The notes under the pieces were generated by a model. The model saw nothing but the letters and a program-made list of their open reading frames with translations, was not told where the DNA came from and made no database searches. Made by a program: the position numbers and the translations under genes. A stretch of 64,000 nt of DNA, taken from positions 281 through 64,280 of the forward strand of contig JALSQD010000001.1 in the NCBI GenBank assembly GCA_026985615.1, in the 5' to 3' direction. Source of the stretch: Thermaceae bacterium (GTDB lineage: Bacteria; Deinococcota; Deinococci; Deinococcales; Marinithermaceae). Every line of letters starts with the position of its first letter. The stretch's first letter is position 1. Shown here one piece after another: positions 49,025-60,375 of the stretch.

Positions 49025-50113
49025 TCATTCTTGGGCGGCTCTGCGCGCCAGTCTGAGGAAGTAGCGGCTGGTGGCGTCTTCGGGGTCGAGTTCTACGGCC
49101 TTCTCATAGGCGGCTGCCGCCTCAGCGTATCGGCCGGTCTCGTAGTAGACGCGCCCCAGCCAGCGCCACGCCTTGGCGTAGCCCGGGTCGGCCTCGACGG
49201 CCTGACGGAAGAGGCGCTCGGCTTCCTTGAGCCGGCCGTCTTCGTAGGCGGCGACGCCCTGGAAGAAGGCCTCGGCGGCCGAAAGGCCCACGCCCGAGGC
49301 TTCGCGGGCTAGCTTGAGGAAGTGCACCGCGTCGGGCGTGCGTCCTTCGATCTCAATGACCCGCTGCCAGTGGGGCACGGCCTTGGCAGGCATGCCCGCC
49401 TCCATGTAGGCGCGGGCCAACCAGCGGTGGGCCTCGGCCCAATTGGGCGCGGCTTCGACGGCCTTTTCGAACCGGTCGATGGCCACCGCGTAGTCCTTGG
49501 TTTCCCAGGCAGCGTAGCCCTGGTAGAAGGCGCGCACCGCGGCCTGGCCGTACTGGGCCATGCGCTCGGCTTGTTCGGCAAAGTAGCGGTTGCGCGGGCT
49601 GGGGTTCAGCTCCGCGGCGCGGCGCCAGTAGCCCGCGGCCCGTGCACCGTCACCCAGCTCCATGTAGATTCGCCCCAGCCAAGCCAGGGCCTCTTCGTTT
49701 TTGGGTTCGAACCCCAGGGCGCGTTCGAAGTCGGCGATGGCGGTTTTTACGTCGCCGCGTTGATAGGCTAGAAAGCCCAGTGCCCTGAGCGCCTCGGCGA
49801 GTGGGCCGCGGTCGGAGGCGTCCACGAGCTCCATGTAGCGCTCCCAGGCCTTTTCGGCCCGGCTCCACCAGCCGGTGGTGGTGTAGATCTGCGCCAACAC
49901 CCGCCAGACCTCGGGCTCGTCGGGCTCCAGCTTCGCCGCCGCCTCGGCTTTGGCGATCGCCTGGGCCCAGAGCGGCTTGTCGGGGAAATGGGCCGTATAC
50001 GTTTGCTGGGCCTCCTGCGCCAGCGCCCGGGCCTCGTTCAACAGCTGCACCGCTTCGGGGCTGAGGGCCAGCACCGGCAAGAACAAGAGCACCAGCCAGA
50101 TCCCTGTGCGCAT
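49025..50113 (-). CDS. secreted TPR-repeat protein
   Basis: AAGGAGGCGAGGAGG RBS precedes ATG 50113. Signal-like MRTGIWLVLLFLPVLALS is followed by repeated A..Y...G.y..A...fe.Al TPR units. Confidence 0.8.
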   Translation of the reverse strand: MRTGIWLVLLFLPVLALSPEAVQLLNEARALAQEAQQTYTAHFPDKPLWAQAIAKAEAAAKLEPDEPEVWRVLAQIYTTTGWWSRAEKAWERYMELVDASDRGPLAEALRALGFLAYQRGDVKTAIADFERALGFEPKNEEALAWLGRIYMELGDGARAAGYWRRAAELNPSPRNRYFAEQAERMAQYGQAAVRAFYQGYAAWETKDYAVAIDRFEKAVEAAPNWAEAHRWLARAYMEAGMPAKAVPHWQRVIEIEGRTPDAVHFLKLAREASGVGLSAAEAFFQGVAAYEDGRLKEAERLFRQAVEADPGYAKAWRWLGRVYYETGRYAEAAAAYEKAVELDPEDATSRYFLRLARRAAQE

Positions 50114-50183
50114 CCTCCTCGCCTCCTTGTCCACAGCCTACAGGAGGCGCATGAGACCCTGGCGAAATCGGGCGGCCGGGCAG

Positions 50184-51310
<1,127 letters not shown>

Positions 51311-51320
51311 GAGGCCCGCG

Positions 51321-53660
51321 ATGAACGTACCCTATTCCTGGTTACGCGAATTCCTGCCCAAGCTCCCCGAGCCCGAGGCGGTGCGCGAGGTGCTCGACAG
51401 TCTAGGGCTGGCGGTGGAGGAGGTGCACCACCTGCCCGCGCCGCCCGCGGGCGTCGTCTTCGGCCGGGTGCTGAAGGCCGGGGAGATTCCGGGCACCGAG
51501 CTCAAGAAGCTCGAGGTCGACGTGGGTCGCGAGGTCGTCACCCTGGTCAGCGGCGCACCGAACGCCCGCGCCGGCATCGGCCTGGCGGTGGCCCGCCCCG
51601 GGGTGGTGCTGCCCGACGGAACCGAGGTCGCCGCGCGCGAGATCCGCGGCGTGACGAGCGAGGGGATGGCCCTCAGCCCGGCGGAGATGGGCGTAGGTGA
51701 GTACGCCGGAGGGCTCTTGGAGCTGCCGGCTGACGGGCTCGAGCCCGGCCGCGAGCTGGCCGAGGTCTGGCCGGCGGAGGTCGTCTTCGAGCTGGAGCTG
51801 ACCCCCAACCGCGCCGACGCCTTCAGCGTGCTGGGGGTGGCCCGCGACCTGGCGGCCAAGCTGGAGCTCGAACTGGTCGAACCTGCCACCGAGGTCGAGG
51901 AAAGCCCCGTTTCCCGCTTCGTTACCGTCGAGGTGGCCGACCCCGAGGGTTGCGACCGCTACCTGGCCCGTTACGCCGGCGGCCTGGAGATCGGTCCCAG
52001 CCCGCTCGAGGCCCAGCGCAAGCTGCTGGCCGCGGGCCTCCGGCCCATCAACAACGTCGTCGACGCCACCAACTACACCATGTGGGAGCTGGGAGGCCCG
52101 CTGCACGCCTTCGACCTGGAAGAGGTCGCCGGCGGCATCGTGGTGCGCCGCGCGAAGGCGGGCGAGAAGGTCATCACCCTCGACGGCGAGGAGCGCCAGC
52201 TGACGCCGGAAGACCTGGTGATCGCCCGCAAGATGGGCAGCGGCACCGAGCCGGTGGCCATTGCCGGCGTGATGGGCGCGGCCAACTCCGAGGTCACCGA
52301 AGATACGCGCGAGGTGGTGCTGGAAGCGGCCCACTTCGACCCGGTGCGGGTGCGCCTGACCGCCCGCCGCCTGGGGCTCTCCACCGACTCCAGCTACCGC
52401 TTTGAGCGCGGGGTCGACCCCAACCTGCCCCCGCGGGCGGCGGCGCGCTTTCTGCACCTGCTGCAGCGCTGGAGCGGTTGCACCGTCGGCGACGTGGTGG
52501 TGGACGTCGGCGGCGACAAGCCGCGGCGCGAGGTGCCCTTCCGCCCCAGCTACGCCAACCGGCTGCTCGGCACCGACTTCAGCACCGAAAGTCAGCTGGT
52601 GGCGCTCGAGCGTCTGGGCTGCGAGGTCGCGGGCGAAGGGGAGCCCTATGCGGTGCGGCCGCCCACCTGGCGGGTGGACCTGAACATCGAAGAAGACCTG
52701 GTGGAGGAGGTGGGCCGCATCCTCGGCTACGAGCACGTGCCCACTGAGCCGCTGGCGCTCATCCCTGCCCCCGACAACCTGAATGCCGAGGAGCCCTACC
52801 GGCGCGAGGAGGCCCTGCGGAGGGCGATGCGCGGCCTGGGCGGCTGGGAAGCGATCAACTACACCTGGCAGAGCCCGGCCTACCTCAGCCTCACCCGCGC
52901 CCCCGAGCCGCGCCGCTTCCTCAAGAACCCGCTGGACTCCAGCAAGAACGCCCTGCGCACCGCCCTCTACCCCGGCCTGCTCGAGAATCTGGCGACGAAC
53001 CGCGAGGAGCGCCACCGCTTCTTCTTCGAGCTGGGCCACGTCTTCCTGGACGTCGAGGAAACCCGCCTGGCGGCGGTGCTGGGCGGACCGCTGATCGAGG
53101 CCACCTGGCAGGCGGCCTACGGCGAGGGCTACCCGGCCATCAAGGGGCTGCTGGAGGCGCTGGCCGCTCGCGCCGGGGCGCGGGTCGAGGTGCGGCCCGA
53201 GCCGCACCAGCCGCTGCATCCGGGAGTGAGCGGCACGATCTTCTGGAACGACGAGCCGCGCGGCTTCATCGGCCGGCTCCACCCCGAGGTGGAGGAGGCG
53301 CTGGAGCTGGGCCCGGTTTACCTCTTCGAGCTGGTGCTTCCTCTGCCCGAGGCGGTGCGCGAGTTCCGCGACCTGCCCAAGTTCCCGCCGGCGCGGCGCG
53401 ACCTGGCGGTGGTGGTGCCCGAGGACGTGCCCCACATCGAGATCTTCGACCTCATCCGTCAGTTCGGCGGCCCCTACCTGGAGGCGGCCGAGCTCTTCGA
53501 CGTCTACCGCGACGAGCCGCTTCCCGAAGGGCAGAAGAGCCTGGCCTACCACCTGACCTTCCGCCACCCCGAGCGCACCCTCACCGATGCCGAGGTGGAT
53601 GAGGAGATGGGCCGCATCATCGCCGCCGTCATCGAGGCGGGGTACAAGATCCGCGAGTAA
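51321..53660 (+). CDS. pheT: phenylalanine--tRNA ligase beta subunit
   Basis: MNVPYSWLREFL N-terminus, a tRNA-binding domain, B3/4 and B5 domains, and a C-terminal FDX-ACB-like domain (LFDVYRDEPLPEGQKSLAYHLTFRHPERTL). Confidence 0.95.
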   Translation: MNVPYSWLREFLPKLPEPEAVREVLDSLGLAVEEVHHLPAPPAGVVFGRVLKAGEIPGTELKKLEVDVGREVVTLVSGAPNARAGIGLAVARPGVVLPDGTEVAAREIRGVTSEGMALSPAEMGVGEYAGGLLELPADGLEPGRELAEVWPAEVVFELELTPNRADAFSVLGVARDLAAKLELELVEPATEVEESPVSRFVTVEVADPEGCDRYLARYAGGLEIGPSPLEAQRKLLAAGLRPINNVVDATNYTMWELGGPLHAFDLEEVAGGIVVRRAKAGEKVITLDGEERQLTPEDLVIARKMGSGTEPVAIAGVMGAANSEVTEDTREVVLEAAHFDPVRVRLTARRLGLSTDSSYRFERGVDPNLPPRAAARFLHLLQRWSGCTVGDVVVDVGGDKPRREVPFRPSYANRLLGTDFSTESQLVALERLGCEVAGEGEPYAVRPPTWRVDLNIEEDLVEEVGRILGYEHVPTEPLALIPAPDNLNAEEPYRREEALRRAMRGLGGWEAINYTWQSPAYLSLTRAPEPRRFLKNPLDSSKNALRTALYPGLLENLATNREERHRFFFELGHVFLDVEETRLAAVLGGPLIEATWQAAYGEGYPAIKGLLEALAARAGARVEVRPEPHQPLHPGVSGTIFWNDEPRGFIGRLHPEVEEALELGPVYLFELVLPLPEAVREFRDLPKFPPARRDLAVVVPEDVPHIEIFDLIRQFGGPYLEAAELFDVYRDEPLPEGQKSLAYHLTFRHPERTLTDAEVDEEMGRIIAAVIEAGYKIRE

Positions 53661-53673
53661 CGGAGACCCGGCG

Positions 53674-53709
53674 GACCGTGCAGGGAAGGTTCCCTGCGCG
53701 GTCTTTTTG
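53674..53709 (+). terminator. intrinsic terminator after pheT
   Basis: A 13-bp stem, GACCGTGCAGGGA / TCCCTGCGCGGTC, is followed by TTTTTG. Confidence 0.85.
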
Positions 53710-53753
53710 CGCGACACCGTAACCTGGCGGACGTTCGCCCCCGGCCCCTGCGC

Positions 53754-53759
53754 TATGAT
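53754..53759 (+). promoter_or_regulatory. -10 box TATGAT, 6 nt upstream of ATG 53766 (leaderless-type)
   Basis: Reads TATGAT-GAGCCC-ATG. Confidence 0.45.
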
Positions 53760-53765
53760 GAGCCC

Positions 53766-54146
53766 ATGAGCCACGCGATCTACGACGCCTGGGTCCAGCT
53801 GATGGGCTGGCTCGAAGAGTACGCCCGGGAACACGACCTCGTCTTCGACCACGAAGCCGACTTCCCCGAGTACATTTATCGCATGCACAAGCCCTGGGAA
53901 CTACCCACGCGGGTGATGACGGTCTCGCTCTCACGCGCCAACGACGAGCCCTTCTTCCTCGCCGCGGTTTCCCAGCCCTCCGACGAGGCCAAGCACGTCA
54001 GCCTGCGCGCGCCCGGGGCGCACCTGCACTGGCACGCGCACGAGCACGACGGCGGCCTGGTGCTTCCGGGCGGCGTCAAGCTCGACAAGACCAAGCTCTT
54101 CGCATTGGTGGACCAGGCGCGCAAGACGTGGATGACCGCGGTCTAG
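53766..54146 (+). CDS. hypothetical protein (126 aa, His-rich segment HLHWHAHEHD)
   Basis: Clean ORF between the pheT terminator and the convergent dsbB-like gene. I recognise no family. Confidence 0.55.
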   Translation: MSHAIYDAWVQLMGWLEEYAREHDLVFDHEADFPEYIYRMHKPWELPTRVMTVSLSRANDEPFFLAAVSQPSDEAKHVSLRAPGAHLHWHAHEHDGGLVLPGGVKLDKTKLFALVDQARKTWMTAV

Positions 54147-54176
54147 CGCGGAAGGCCGGTTGGTAAGGGCGCCCCG

Positions 54177-54599
54177 CTAGGGGCGCTCTTCTCTTACGAA
54201 GAAGAGGGCCAGCGCGATGAGGGCGAAGGCCACCAGGGCCATGAAGGCGATGGTGATGAAGCCGAAGTAGTTGACGTACTCGATGTTGCAGGGAATGGGG
54301 GTGGCCGCGCAGGCCGTGGGCTTGAAGCCGGGAATCTTCTGCTCGGCGTAGTGGAGCGCGCTGATGGACCCGCCCACGAGCGCCATGGGCAAGGCGTAGC
54401 GGCGCACCCGGGCGTCGTTATAAAAGGTGGCGATGCCCAAAATGAGCACCAGCGGATACATGAAGATGCGCTGGTACCAGCAAAGTTCGCAGGGGATGAG
54501 GTGCCGGACGTTCGAGTAGTAGAGGCTGCCGGAGGTGGCCACGATGGCCACCAGCCAGGCAAAGGCGATGAGGAGCAGGTTGCTGTCGCGCGTGCTCAT
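54177..54599 (-). CDS. disulfide bond formation protein (DsbB/BdbC family)
   Basis: CELCWYQRIFMYP (CxxC in TM1/loop), a second Cys pair ACAATPIPC, and four TM segments. Confidence 0.85.
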   Translation of the reverse strand: MSTRDSNLLLIAFAWLVAIVATSGSLYYSNVRHLIPCELCWYQRIFMYPLVLILGIATFYNDARVRRYALPMALVGGSISALHYAEQKIPGFKPTACAATPIPCNIEYVNYFGFITIAFMALVAFALIALALFFVREERP

Positions 54600-54608
54600 G
54601 CCCTCATC

Positions 54609-55522
<914 letters not shown>

Positions 55523-55526
<4 letters not shown>

Positions 55527-56974
55527 GCGTTACCTTCCAGCTTCTCGGCGTGCGCTAGGGCGCGCTCGATTCGCGCCAGGACGCGCTCCTTGCCCAGAAT
55601 CTCCAGCATCTCGTACATCCCCGGAGTGGCCAGGGTGCCGGTGATGGCCGCCCGCAAAGGCTGCATCACCTTGCGCAGCTTCAGCTCCTTCGCTTCGGCA
55701 TAGCCCACGAGCGCCGGCTCGGTGCGTTCGGGGGCTAAGTCGGGCAGTTCGGCGAGCACCTCCTTCAGCTCGCGCAGGATCTCGAATCCCTTTTTGAGCT
55801 CCTTTTCGGCCTTGGGCTCGAAGGGGTAGTCCTCGGTGAAGAAGTAGCGCGCCTTCTCCACGAACTCGGCCAGCGTCTCGAAGCGGGGGCGCATCGCCTC
55901 TGCTACCTTGCACAGGTAGACGTCGCTTTCCCAGGAAAGGCCGGCAGCCTCCAGGAAGGGCTTCAGCCGCTCGCAGACCTCCTCGAGGTTGAGCACCTCG
56001 CGGATGTACTTGCCGTTCATCCAGCGCAGCTTCTCCTCGTCGAAGACGGGCCCGCCCAGGCTGACGCGGTCCCAGCTGAAGGCCGCGATCATCTCCTCCA
56101 TGGTGAAGATCTCGCGTCCGTCAGGCATGGAAAAGCCCATCGTCGCGAGGTAGTTGCGCAGGGCGTCGGGCAGGTAGCCTGCCTTGCGGTAGTAGTCGAT
56201 GCTGGTGTGGCCGGTGCGCTTGGAGAGCTTGGCGCCGCCGGGCGCGCGGAGTAGCGGCAGGTGGTACCACTTGGGTTCGTCCCAGCCGAAGGCCTGGTAG
56301 AGCAGCTTTTGGATGGGCGTGCTCACCAACCAGTCCTCGCCGCGGATCACGTCGCTGACCTCCATCAGGTGGTCGTCCACCACCACCGCCAGGTGGTAGG
56401 TGGGAAAACCGTCCGACTTGAGCAGGACCGCGTCGGGGATCTCGCGGTTGTCGAACTCGATGTTCCCCCGCAATACGTCATGAACCACGGTCACGCCGGT
56501 CTCCGGCGTCTTCAGCCGGATCACGTGGGGTTCGCCGGCGGCGGCGCGGGCCTCGGCCTCCTCGCGCGGGATCTTGCGGGCGCGGCCGTCGTAACCGTAG
56601 CCCAGGCCCTTCTTCTGCAGCTCCTCGCGGATGGCGGCCAGCTCCTCCGGGGTCTCGAAGGCGCGGTAGGCCAGCCCCTTGTCGAGCAACTCCTGGGCGT
56701 AATGGCGGTAGAGCTCGAGCCGCTCCGACTGGCGGTAGGGGCCGTTGGGTCCGCCCACGTCGGGCCCCTCGTCGTAGTCGAGACCCAGCCACTTGAGGGC
56801 GCGCAAGATGCCCTCTTCGGCCCCCTCGACGTAGCGGTTCTGGTCGGTGTCTTCGATGCGCACGATGAACTTCCCGCCGTTCTTGCGTGCCCAGACGTAG
56901 CTGAAGATACCGATGTAAGCGGTGCCGACGTGCGGGTAGCCGGTGGGGCTGGGGGCGATGCGGGTCTTGACCAT
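55523..56974 (-). CDS. gltX: glutamate--tRNA ligase
   Basis: MVKTRIAPSPTGYPHVGTAYIGIF (HIGH-type motif) and KLSKR (KMSKS-type motif). Start ATG 56974. The track ORF reaching 57145 is an upstream extension. Confidence 0.93.
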
Positions 56975-56983
56975 ACCGCAGGT

Positions 56984-56989
56984 ATTGTA
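56984..56989 (-). promoter_or_regulatory. -10 box TACAAT, 9 nt upstream of the gltX ATG
   Basis: The minus strand reads TACAAT-ACCTGCGGT-ATG, with no Shine-Dalgarno sequence. Confidence 0.4.
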
Positions 56990-57210
56990 CTCGAAGCGGG
57001 GTGAAAAACCCTGGCGGCCCCCCTGCGGCGGTGGTCCGTATGGCGCACGCTGGCTTGCTGGCGGTAGGTGAAGATTCATCTGTCCGTCGCGCATGTATGG
57101 GCCGAACGCCCCGAGCTGCGTGGTATGCTGAGATACGTTAAACAACCCAAACCCGAAAGCGCAATCCGAGCGTTTTTCTGCACTTCGGGACTGGGGGAAA
57201 GGAGAAGTGT

Positions 57211-58506
57211 ATGTCCAAACGTTTCACCACCGTATTGGCCATGGCCGCCCTGTTGGCGGCTACCTTCCTGGGCGGTGCGTTCGCCAAGCAGCAGGTGATC
57301 ATCGAAAGCTGGCGGACCGACGACCTCAAGCTCTGGAAAGACGTTATCATTCCGGCGTTTAACAAGCATTACCCCGATATCGAGGTAATCTTCTCACCGA
57401 CGGCGCCCGCCGAGTACAACGCTGTGCTCGACAGCAAACTGCAGGCTGGCACCGCGGGCGACCTGATCACCTGCCGCCCCTTCGGCAAGTCGCTCGAGCT
57501 CTACAACAAGGGCCACCTCGCCCCGCTCAACGACCTGCCGGGCATGGAGCACTTCAGCGAGTTCGCCAAGGCCGCCTGGACCACCGACGACGGCAGCGTG
57601 ACCTACTGCGTGCCGATGGCCTCGGTGATCCACGGCTTCCTCTACAACAAGGACCTCTTCGACAAGTACGGTTACGAGCCGCCCAAGACCTGGGAAGAGT
57701 TCATGGACCTGCTGGCCAAGATGAAGAAGGACGCCCCCGCGCTCGCGCCGCTGGTCATGGGCACCAAGGACCAGTGGGAGGCCGCCACCATGGGCTGGCA
57801 CAACATCGCCCCCAACTACTACGGCGGCGAAGCGGGCCGCAAGGCTTTCCTGGCCGGTAAGGAGGGCTTCCACACCGATGGCTTCCTCCAAGGCTTCGAG
57901 GCGCTGGCGCAGTGGGCACCCTACCTGCCCCGCGGTTACAAGGCCGTCAGCTACTCCGACGCCCAGCAACTCTTCACCCAGGGCCGCGGCTTCATCTACC
58001 CCGCCGGCTCGTGGGACATCGGCGTCTTCCACCAGATGAACCCCAAGCTCAACATGGGCGCCTTCAAGGCCCCGCCGCCCGCCGGCGCCACCAAGAGCTA
58101 CATCAGCGACCACCCCGACATCGCCCTGGGCCTCAACCCGGCGAGCAAAAACCAGGAAGCGGCCAAGAAGTTCCTCGAGTGGCTGACGACCGAGGAGTTC
58201 GCCGACCTCTACGGCAACGCGCTGCCCGGCTTTTTCCCGCTGCACGACTACAACATCACGATCAAGGACCCGGTGGCCAACGAGTTCCTCTCCTGGCGTC
58301 AGACCAGCGAGGGCACCTTCCGCATGACCTACTACAAGCTCTCCGACCAGAAGCCGGACGCCGAGACCGACCTCTGGACCGCCTCGGTCAACATCCTTAA
58401 TGGCAACCAGACCCCCGAGGAAGCGGCCAAGTGGATCGAGTGCCGCCTCTCCTCGTGGTACCAGCCCCACAAGCACTTCTACGAAGAGCTAAACTGCAAC
58501 AAGTAG
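57211..58506 (+). CDS. ABC transporter substrate-binding protein (carbohydrate, CUT1-like)
   Basis: AAAGGAG RBS and signal peptide MSKRFTTVLAMAALLAATFLGGAFA. The ~430-aa size and sequence style match family-1 solute-binding proteins. Confidence 0.85.
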   Translation: MSKRFTTVLAMAALLAATFLGGAFAKQQVIIESWRTDDLKLWKDVIIPAFNKHYPDIEVIFSPTAPAEYNAVLDSKLQAGTAGDLITCRPFGKSLELYNKGHLAPLNDLPGMEHFSEFAKAAWTTDDGSVTYCVPMASVIHGFLYNKDLFDKYGYEPPKTWEEFMDLLAKMKKDAPALAPLVMGTKDQWEAATMGWHNIAPNYYGGEAGRKAFLAGKEGFHTDGFLQGFEALAQWAPYLPRGYKAVSYSDAQQLFTQGRGFIYPAGSWDIGVFHQMNPKLNMGAFKAPPPAGATKSYISDHPDIALGLNPASKNQEAAKKFLEWLTTEEFADLYGNALPGFFPLHDYNITIKDPVANEFLSWRQTSEGTFRMTYYKLSDQKPDAETDLWTASVNILNGNQTPEEAAKWIECRLSSWYQPHKHFYEELNCNK

Positions 58507-58515
58507 CGCAAGAAC

Positions 58516-58541
58516 CCCCGGGCGGCGTGCGCCGCCCGGGG
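58516..58541 (+). promoter_or_regulatory. intercistronic GC palindrome (mRNA stabiliser or partial terminator candidate)
   Basis: CCCCGGGCGGCG-TG-CGCCGCCCGGGG, with perfect 12-nt arms and no downstream T run. Confidence 0.5.
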
Positions 58542-58586
58542 CCCCTACGCTGCGTGTCCTTTCAATAACAAAGGAGCAGCCGCATC

Positions 58587-59507
58587 ATGAGGCGAAAACC
58601 GTTTCCCTGGCACATCGTTGTTTTTCTCGCCCCGGCGGTATTGATCTATACCCTTTTCATGATCTACCCTATGCTGGCCTCGCTCAAGTTCTCGCTCTAC
58701 CAGACGCTCGACGATGGCCGGCAGGTTTTTGTGGGTTTGGGCAACTACATAAAACTGCTCACCGATCCCAACTGGAAGGAACCTTTTTGGAACGCGTTTT
58801 GGAACAACGTGGTGTTCTTCATCATCCACATGAGCCTGCAAAACCCCATCGGCCTCTTCCTGGCCGTGCTGCTCGCCTCTAATATCCGCGGCGCCTGGAT
58901 CTACCGCACCATTATCTTCACCCCCACCATCCTCTCGGTGGTGCTCATCGGCTTCGCCTGGAAGCTGATCCTCAGCCCCACCTGGGGCATCTGGTTTCCG
59001 TTGCTCGACCGGCTGGGTTTAGGTGATAACGAGGTGGCCATCGCTCTTTTGGGCAACGAGTCTTCAGCGCTCATCACCCTCTCGCTCATCTCGGTTTGGC
59101 AGAACATCGGCATCCCGATGATGCTTTTCTTGGCGGCGCTCATCCGCATACCCAACGAACTCATCGAGGCCGCCCAGGTGGACGGGGCGAACAGCTGGCG
59201 CATCTTCTGGCGCATCCAGTTTCCCCTGATCATTCCTACTGTGGGTATCGTTGCCATCCTCACCTTCATCGGCAACTTCAACGCCTTCGACCTCATCTAC
59301 GCCACCCAGGGCGCCCTCGCCGGCCCCAATTTCTCGACCGACATCATGGGCACCTTCTTCTTCAGAACCTTCTTCGGGTTCCAGCTCCGCCCCGGCGACC
59401 CCAATATGGGCGCCACGGTGGCGGGGATGATGCTGCTAATCATCCTTACCGGCGTCCTCATCTACCTTTACGGCTGGCAGCGGCGCATGGAGGAGGTGCA
59501 GTTCTGA
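58587..59507 (+). CDS. carbohydrate ABC transporter permease
   Basis: Six TM segments and the EAA loop IEAAQVDGANSWRIFWRIQFPL. Confidence 0.9.
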   Translation: MRRKPFPWHIVVFLAPAVLIYTLFMIYPMLASLKFSLYQTLDDGRQVFVGLGNYIKLLTDPNWKEPFWNAFWNNVVFFIIHMSLQNPIGLFLAVLLASNIRGAWIYRTIIFTPTILSVVLIGFAWKLILSPTWGIWFPLLDRLGLGDNEVAIALLGNESSALITLSLISVWQNIGIPMMLFLAALIRIPNELIEAAQVDGANSWRIFWRIQFPLIIPTVGIVAILTFIGNFNAFDLIYATQGALAGPNFSTDIMGTFFFRTFFGFQLRPGDPNMGATVAGMMLLIILTGVLIYLYGWQRRMEEVQF

Positions 59508-60352
59508 TGACCGGCAGCCGTTACCGCTGGCTCCGCTTCTTCAAGGCGGGCGGGATCCACGTCACCCTGCTGGCCTACAGTGCGCTCGTACTCTTCCCGA
59601 TCCTGCTGGTCTTCATGAACTCGTTCAAGGACCAGATGGCCATCTTTGGCGAGCCGCTCGCGCCGCCCACGCCCGAGACTTTCTCGGTGGACGGTTACAA
59701 GACGCTCTTCGAGGTCGCTAACTTTCAACACTACTTTCTCAACAGCCTCATCGTGACCACCGTTTCGCTGGTGCTCATCGTCTTTCTGGGGGCGATGGCG
59801 GGTTGGGCGCTGGCGGAGTACGAGTTCAAGCTCAACACCTTCATGGCCATCTACCTGGCGCTGGGCATCATGGTGCCCATCCGCCTGGGCACGGTGGGCA
59901 TTCTGCGGCTGATGGCCGACTGGCACCTGGTCAATACCCTGACCGCGCTCATTCTCGTCTACACCGCCATGGGCCTGCCGCTTTCGATCTTCATCCTCAG
60001 CCGCTTCTTCGCCCAGCTACCGCCCGACTTCAAGGACGCCGCGCGTATCGACGGCGCCAGCGAGTACCGCATCTTTACCCTGGTGCTGCCGCTGGTGCGG
60101 CCGGCGCTGGGCACGGTGGCGGCGATCAGCATGATTCCGGTCTGGAACGACCTCTGGTTCCCGCTCATCCTGGCGCCTTCGGAAAAGACCAAGACGATCG
60201 TGTTGGGGGCCCAGGTCTTTTTGGGGCAGTTCCTCAACGACTGGCAGGCGGTACTGGCGGCGCTGAGTCTGGCCATGATCCCGGCCATACTTTTGTATAT
60301 GCTGTTCTCAAAGCAGCTCATTCGCGGTCTCACGGCGGGCGCGGTCAAGTAG
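59507..60352 (+). CDS. carbohydrate ABC transporter permease
   Basis: ATG overlaps the upstream stop (TGATG). EAA loop DAARIDGASEYRIFTLVLPL. Confidence 0.9.
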   Translation: MTGSRYRWLRFFKAGGIHVTLLAYSALVLFPILLVFMNSFKDQMAIFGEPLAPPTPETFSVDGYKTLFEVANFQHYFLNSLIVTTVSLVLIVFLGAMAGWALAEYEFKLNTFMAIYLALGIMVPIRLGTVGILRLMADWHLVNTLTALILVYTAMGLPLSIFILSRFFAQLPPDFKDAARIDGASEYRIFTLVLPLVRPALGTVAAISMIPVWNDLWFPLILAPSEKTKTIVLGAQVFLGQFLNDWQAVLAALSLAMIPAILLYMLFSKQLIRGLTAGAVK

Positions 60353-60375
60353 CCGCGGCGAGAGGAGGAAAGGGC

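Noticed and set aside
49704-49715. A T-loop-like GGTTCGAACCCC string hinted at an additional tRNA.
   Set aside because: It lies inside the TPR-protein coding sequence, and no acceptor or anticodon arms can be drawn around it.
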